DNA of 64,000 nucleotides from Candidatus Latescibacterota bacterium (GTDB lineage Bacteria; Latescibacterota; UBA2968; UBA8231): NCBI GenBank assembly GCA_965204725.1, contig OZ242005.1, positions 2,112,001 to 2,176,000 of the forward strand, read 5' to 3'. Shown piece by piece: positions 58,697 to 64,000 of this stretch (position 1 is its first letter; each line of letters starts with the position of its first letter). The notes under the pieces were generated by a model. It saw only the letters and a program-made list of their open reading frames with translations, ran no database searches and was not told where the DNA came from. The position numbers and the translations under genes were made by a program.

Positions 58697-58713
58697 TGCA
58701 AATTTCGTGCCAA
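58697..58713 (-). promoter_or_regulatory. sigma54 promoter TTGGCACGAAATTTGCA
   Basis: Consensus -24/-12 on the - strand upstream of the DUF4159 operon. Confidence 0.75.
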
Positions 58714-58833
58714 AAATCAGATTTAGACAAATTTTTTTTTGAGCATTTCCATAAAGGACTGAAAATATAGGAGTTATAAAAAAATAATTCTTCCTAACAT
58801 CCGTTTTGGGGTCAACGGAGGAACCTGTTTTTG

Positions 58834-58888
58834 TCGTATAAAATCGTATAAAATCGTATTAAATACGATTTTATACGATTTTATACGA
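58834..58888. repeat. Perfect 55-bp palindrome built from 10-bp TCGTATAAAA units
   Basis: 27-bp arms at 58834-58860 and 58862-58888. Confidence 0.9.
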
Positions 58889-58937
58889 TTTTTGGCTGCC
58901 TCTTCGGGCGCGTCAAACAGCTCAAAAGAAGGCCCTT

Positions 58938-61142
58938 CTAGGGCAGCTTGGTCGTCTTTTTCGCTTCCACCCGCCCGTCCATCTCGACCCGATAGATATA
59001 CACGCCCGCGGCCACCGCCTTGCCCGCCTCGTCGCGCCCATCCCATACAAACCGATGGCTGCCGGCCCGCAACGGCCCCTGCCACACCTGTCGCACCCGA
59101 CGACCTAACATGTCGTACACTCGCAACGATACTTCCGTCGCGTCCGTCGCTAAATCGAGGGGCAGCACCACCGCCGGATTGAACGGATTGGGATAGCTGT
59201 CGCCCAGCCGATACTGCGCCGGCTGTGCGACCGCTGGCGTCTGCACCGCGGTCATCTGATCGGCCAGCGAATTCTTGAGGATATGCACCCCACCCAAAAT
59301 CGGGTCTAACACCAACAGGTCGAGATCGCCGTCGCCATCCATATCCCCAGACAGCACGGTTCTCCCACTGCCCTCCAGCCGATGCCGCTCCCCGTCTTGG
59401 GTCGGATTGATACTTCCCCCCCATTCGATAAACACCCCAAACCCCGAAGCGCGGTCTCCGCCGATAAACACCCAGTCGTCAACCCCATCGGCATTGAGAT
59501 CGCGTATCAGCATCTGCGAGCGACGCAACAGCCGATCGTCATACAGCACCTCCGCGTCTAGGCGGTCGCCAACCCCCTTCCTCTGCAAGACGATACCCTT
59601 GCTCCCTTCAACTATATCGGCGGTGAACTCGGTGAGAAAATCCACCTGTCCGTCGCCGTCAAAATCGCCCACCCCTAACGGCTTCATATCTTCATCGACC
59701 TCAAAGACCTCGCCCCGCTGAAACTCCTCGGGATCGCTGCTCTCCAACGCCTTGTCTAAGGGAGACACAATCCACCCTCGCGCCAGATTGCGGATCGGCG
59801 ACCAGAACACATCGATGATCCCATTGCCGGTAAAGTCGCCGATGTAAATGGGCGTGTATTTGTCAAAATACGCCACCTCAGAGGACATCCACTCGCCCTG
59901 TTCAACCTCCCAGACTGCTAAAGTGCTAAAAAACTCCGCCGTTCCCGCGATTGCTTCCTCCAAAGTGCCTACATATCCAGCTCCCCCGACAAATAATTCG
60001 GCCCGGCCGTCGCCATCCCAATCGGCCGCACTCGTGATCGGAGCATCGATCTGCGCGAGTACCTCCACTTGGAGGTCCGGGCCGATAGACCACACTTCGG
60101 TCAAAGGCTCCCGGTTGCTTCTCGATATCGCGATTTCGTCTCGACCATCGCCGGTCAAATCGGCACCAAGCACATCTAAGGCCACCCCTATGGTGACTAT
60201 TTTCACCTCCCCTCCTATGGCGGCTTCTTCCCCTTCCTCTGCGGCAGCTACTTCCTCTATAACAGGTCCCCGTTCCAAGACCCCGTGCCCGTCATTGAGT
60301 GCCATCAGCCAACCCGCTTTCTCCCCATGAGCACCATGCTTATTAAGTATTTTCATTTCCCACAGGCCGAACAGGTCTAAGTCGCCATCGCCATCCAAGT
60401 CCGTCAACACATTGCCCCCTCCTCTCCCTAGATACATGTCTAGAACCCCTTCTACTTCCCCGATGCCCGGGGCAATCGGATAGAACACCGGCGGCGCAAA
60501 AAGCCCCGTCCCAGCAAAGCGAAAGTAATGCTCTACCAGCGGCGGAGGGAGTTCCCCCTCTAGCAACTCTTCCACGCCGGTCAACTCGATCCAGTCGATC
60601 TCAAATGCCTCCACCACCTCAATATCCAAATCAAACCCCAGTATAAAGCTGAACCGAAGATTTCTTAACAGGCCCTCCCAGCCGGCTTGACCCGCCAACG
60701 AGACCTCCACTTCCTGCCACTCGGTCGTATAGACGACTTGTTGAATGGGGACCAGTACGTCTATGAAGTTAAGAACAAAAACATGACCTAAATCGTTGTC
60801 CCATTGCATGGAAAAAGTACCCTCGGTAGGGCGGTCATGGACGGTGCGGAACCGGATGCGGAGTCGGTCGAACAGACTCGAATCGTACCCGATGGTTGAA
60901 GAAACCACTTCGACACTTGGCCGGGAGGGGTTGAAACTGTTGGTAATGGCGGGATCAACCCGGATCCGCCACACCCCCTCGTCAACCTCGCCGGGAAACG
61001 GGTGAAACTCCCGCGTACCTCCCCACTCAAGACCTTCTTTGGCGGACCACCCTTGCGTCGTCCCATCGTCGAAATCCCACCGAATCGCCCCAGCGAGGCT
61101 GCTCCACAGCATAACAGCAACAACGGCGAGTAGCAGCAACAT
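58938..61142 (-). CDS. Secreted FG-GAP/VCBS repeat protein with a FlgD-type C-terminal domain
   Basis: Start MLLLLAVV; DLDGDGDLD, DWDGDG and DFDGDG repeats; YPNPFN...WDGRDEAG. Confidence 0.85.
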   Translation of the reverse strand: MLLLLAVVAVMLWSSLAGAIRWDFDDGTTQGWSAKEGLEWGGTREFHPFPGEVDEGVWRIRVDPAITNSFNPSRPSVEVVSSTIGYDSSLFDRLRIRFRTVHDRPTEGTFSMQWDNDLGHVFVLNFIDVLVPIQQVVYTTEWQEVEVSLAGQAGWEGLLRNLRFSFILGFDLDIEVVEAFEIDWIELTGVEELLEGELPPPLVEHYFRFAGTGLFAPPVFYPIAPGIGEVEGVLDMYLGRGGGNVLTDLDGDGDLDLFGLWEMKILNKHGAHGEKAGWLMALNDGHGVLERGPVIEEVAAAEEGEEAAIGGEVKIVTIGVALDVLGADLTGDGRDEIAISRSNREPLTEVWSIGPDLQVEVLAQIDAPITSAADWDGDGRAELFVGGAGYVGTLEEAIAGTAEFFSTLAVWEVEQGEWMSSEVAYFDKYTPIYIGDFTGNGIIDVFWSPIRNLARGWIVSPLDKALESSDPEEFQRGEVFEVDEDMKPLGVGDFDGDGQVDFLTEFTADIVEGSKGIVLQRKGVGDRLDAEVLYDDRLLRRSQMLIRDLNADGVDDWVFIGGDRASGFGVFIEWGGSINPTQDGERHRLEGSGRTVLSGDMDGDGDLDLLVLDPILGGVHILKNSLADQMTAVQTPAVAQPAQYRLGDSYPNPFNPAVVLPLDLATDATEVSLRVYDMLGRRVRQVWQGPLRAGSHRFVWDGRDEAGKAVAAGVYIYRVEMDGRVEAKKTTKLP

Positions 61143-61231
61143 AGCTCGTCTCCTTTGCAATAGTTTCGGCTCCAGTATAGATGATTTAGGCGGTCTTATG
61201 CCGTCTCGTCGGCTCACGTTTCTACCACTCC

Positions 61232-63385
61232 TTACGGCAGCTTCGTCGTCTTTTTCGCTTCCACCCGCCCTTCGACTTCTACCCGATAGACATACACGCC
61301 CGCGGCCACTGCCTTGCCCGCCTCGTCGCGGCCATCCCACACAAACCGATGGCTGCCCGCCCCCAACGGCCCGTCCCACACCTGACGCACCTGACGACCC
61401 AGCACGTCATGCACCCGCAACGATACTTCCGCCGCGTCCGTCGCTAAATCAAGGGGCAACACCACCGCCGGATTGAACGGGTTGGGATAGCTGTCGCCCA
61501 GCCGGTATTGCGTCGGCTGCACAGCCGCCGATGTCTGCACGGCCGTCGGCGTCGAAGCCAGCGAACTCTTGAGGACATGCACTCCACCCAAGATCGGGTC
61601 TAACACCACCAAATCCTCATCGCCATCGCCATCCATATCCCCGGACAGCACACGGGTCCCACTGCCCGCCAGCCGATGCCGCTCCCCGTCTTGGGTCGGG
61701 TTGATACTTCCCCCCCATTCGACGAACACGCCAAAGCCCGAAGCGCGGTCTCCGCCGATAAACACCCAATCGTCAACCCCATCGGCGTTGAGATCGTCCA
61801 CTAGCACCGGCGAGCGCACAAACAGCCGATCATCATACAGCACCGCCGACTCTACGCCGCCGCCGCTCTTGCTATGCAAGGCCAGCCCCTTGAGACCTTC
61901 GACATAATCACGGATGAACTCGGTGAGGAAATCCACCTGCCCGTCGCCATCAAAATCGCCCGCCGCTGACAGCCACTTCCATTCTGCGACTTCAAATACC
62001 TCGTTGCTCGGAAGCACCTCGCCCAAGGCCCCCACACCCCAAGTAGTTGCCCGCCCGAATATCGGCCTCCAAAACACGTCGAGGGCTCCATCGCCGGTAA
62101 AGTCGCCGATCTGATAGGGCACATGGCGTTCAGCTACCGCCACCTCCTCAACAGTCCACACGCCCTGTTCGACATCCCAGACCTCTAAAATGCTCCCCTC
62201 TTCCAACGAAGTCGTTCCGACAAATAACTCGGCCTTGCCGTCGCCATCCCAATCCGCTACGTCCCTGAGCCATCGACTCTCGATCTGTACGAGCACCTCG
62301 ACTTGGAGTTCCGCCCCGATAGACCACACTTCTACTGCCGATCCAGCATTGCTTATATACATCGCGACTTCGTCTCGACCATCGCCGGTCAGGTCCGCAG
62401 CCAGCACCTCTAACTCCACCAAGGAGACGGTCATCCCGCCCGTTTCCGAATCGGTGATAGACTGCCCTGTGACCGCTACTTCCTCTATGCGCTTGAGTTC
62501 CAAGACCCCGTGCCCATTATTGAGGGCCATCAGCCAGCCCGCTTGATCCCCTGGCTGATCCGCTCCCTCGTGCGGGGAACTCCAGACAGCAAACAGGTCT
62601 AAGGCCCCATCGCCATCCAAATCCGTCAAGACGCCCGGTCTCTCATCCGGAACTCCCCTTCCCCCGATGCCCGGCGCAATCGGATAGAATACCGGCGGCG
62701 CAAAAAGCCCAGCCTCATCCCAGCGAAGATACGCTACCAGCGGCGGCGGCAGTTCCCCCTGTAGCAGCTCTTCCACGCCGGTCAACTCGATCCAGTCGAT
62801 CTCAAACCACGCCACCACATCGGACGCCGACTGGGTTGGCTCTGTTAGCTCTGTATCAAAAAGAAAACTGAGCTGAATATCTTTTAACAGGCCCTCCCAG
62901 AGCGTCTCGTCTTGCTCGGCCAACGACAGCACCACTTCCTGCCACTCGGTCGTATAGACGACTCGTTGTACGTGGCTGTGAAATCGGCTTCCAGATCGCG
63001 GGGCTTCTGGATCCCAACCGGAAGACAGGGCGTTGTGCTCGTTGGTCCACTCCATTGAAACATTACCGACCGTCGGGCGGTCATGGACGGTGCGGAACCG
63101 GATGCGGACCCGGTCGAACAGGCTCGAATCGTGCCCGATGGTCGAAGAAATCAATTCGACATTCTGTCCTTTGTAATTGCCTTTGACGACCGCGGGATCG
63201 ACCGCGACCCGCCACACGCCCTCGTCAACCTCGCCCGGAAACAGATGCAATTCACGTATTCCTCCCCATACACCCGCTTCTTTGGCGGTCCACCCTTGCG
63301 TCGTCCCATCGTCGAACTCCCACCGAATTGCCCCGACGAGGTTACTCCACAGCACAAGCCCTATAACACCAGCAAACTTCAGCAT
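61232..63385 (-). CDS. Secreted FG-GAP/VCBS repeat protein, paralog 2
   Basis: Same architecture as the 58938 gene. Confidence 0.88.
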   Translation of the reverse strand: MLKFAGVIGLVLWSNLVGAIRWEFDDGTTQGWTAKEAGVWGGIRELHLFPGEVDEGVWRVAVDPAVVKGNYKGQNVELISSTIGHDSSLFDRVRIRFRTVHDRPTVGNVSMEWTNEHNALSSGWDPEAPRSGSRFHSHVQRVVYTTEWQEVVLSLAEQDETLWEGLLKDIQLSFLFDTELTEPTQSASDVVAWFEIDWIELTGVEELLQGELPPPLVAYLRWDEAGLFAPPVFYPIAPGIGGRGVPDERPGVLTDLDGDGALDLFAVWSSPHEGADQPGDQAGWLMALNNGHGVLELKRIEEVAVTGQSITDSETGGMTVSLVELEVLAADLTGDGRDEVAMYISNAGSAVEVWSIGAELQVEVLVQIESRWLRDVADWDGDGKAELFVGTTSLEEGSILEVWDVEQGVWTVEEVAVAERHVPYQIGDFTGDGALDVFWRPIFGRATTWGVGALGEVLPSNEVFEVAEWKWLSAAGDFDGDGQVDFLTEFIRDYVEGLKGLALHSKSGGGVESAVLYDDRLFVRSPVLVDDLNADGVDDWVFIGGDRASGFGVFVEWGGSINPTQDGERHRLAGSGTRVLSGDMDGDGDEDLVVLDPILGGVHVLKSSLASTPTAVQTSAAVQPTQYRLGDSYPNPFNPAVVLPLDLATDAAEVSLRVHDVLGRQVRQVWDGPLGAGSHRFVWDGRDEAGKAVAAGVYVYRVEVEGRVEAKKTTKLP

Positions 63386-63452
63386 GATAGCACAACTCCC
63401 TTTCTAACAGTAACATTCCCACAGACTGCGCCCTATCCGTGAACCTTACTCC

Positions 63453-64000
63453 TTACGGCAACTTCGTCGTCTTTTTCGCTTCCACCCGCCCGTCCATCTC
63501 GACCCGATAGATATACACCCCGGCCGCCACCGCCTTACCTGCCTCGTCGCGCCCATCCCATACAAACCGATGCTGACCTGCCCCCAGCGGCCCCTGCCAC
63601 ACCTGACGCACCCGGCGACCCAACACGTCATAAACCCGCAGCGATACTTCCGCCGCGTCCTTAGCCAAATCAAGGGGCAACACCACCGCCGGATTAAACG
63701 GGTTGGGATAGCTGTCGCCCAGCCGATACTGCGCCGGTCGCCCAGCCGCCGACGTCCGCACGGCTGTCGCGGTCGAAGCCAGCGAATTCTTGAGCAGATG
63801 CACCCCACCCAAAATCGGATCTAACACCAACAGATCGAGATCGCCGTCGCCATCCATATCCCCGGACAGCACATTGGTCCCACTGCCCTCCAGCCGATGC
63901 CGCTCCCCGTCTTGGGTCGGGCTGATACTTCCACCCCATTCGACGAACACCCCAAACCCCGAAGCGCGGTCTCCGCCGATAAACACCCAGTCGTCAACTC
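63453..64000 (-). CDS. FG-GAP/VCBS repeat protein, paralog 3 (5' end outside the window)
   Basis: C-terminus near-identical to the two paralogs. Confidence 0.85.
   Translation of the reverse strand, partial: VDDWVFIGGDRASGFGVFVEWGGSISPTQDGERHRLEGSGTNVLSGDMDGDGDLDLLVLDPILGGVHLLKNSLASTATAVRTSAAGRPAQYRLGDSYPNPFNPAVVLPLDLAKDAAEVSLRVYDVLGRRVRQVWQGPLGAGQHRFVWDGRDEAGKAVAAGVYIYRVEMDGRVEAKKTTKLP

Noticed and set aside
58834-58888. CRISPR array
   Set aside because: 10-bp units with no spacers, inverted arrangement, and no cas genes.

Overview
GC-rich bacterial window; the gene content (FG-GAP/FlgD-type secreted proteins, DUF4159, large TPR proteins) resembles Latescibacterota/Poribacteria-like genomes, which is inference only. 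The + strand from 75 to 40328 is one expanded, apparently undescribed locus. It holds three short secreted Cys-rich peptide genes with a shared leader, ten copies (nine intact) of an uncharacterised ~270-aa secreted protein family ('family X'), and nine ABC-2-type permeases of two subtypes whose divergence clusters in extracytoplasmic loops. It also holds one ABC ATPase, a TolC, a hairpin/NEW3 adaptor-like protein, two glycosyltransferase-transglutaminase fusion genes, two GT2 genes, two DUF1573 proteins, a TPR protein and an ECF sigma factor. Five copies of a sigma54 promoter cassette (paired TGCG-N9-CGCA sites plus GGCACG-N4-TTGC) drive the left part, and a duplicated ECF-type promoter drives a second, more divergent copy of the same gene set. 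The - strand from 40346 to 64000 carries two DNA methyltransferases around a degraded gene, a nurA/HAS-barrel/herA operon, a STAS/HATPase module, a sigma54-driven envelope operon, a perfect 55-bp repeat palindrome and a tandem array of FG-GAP proteins. No rRNA, tRNA, CRISPR array or transposase was recognised. Two single-G frameshifts hint at homopolymer assembly errors.
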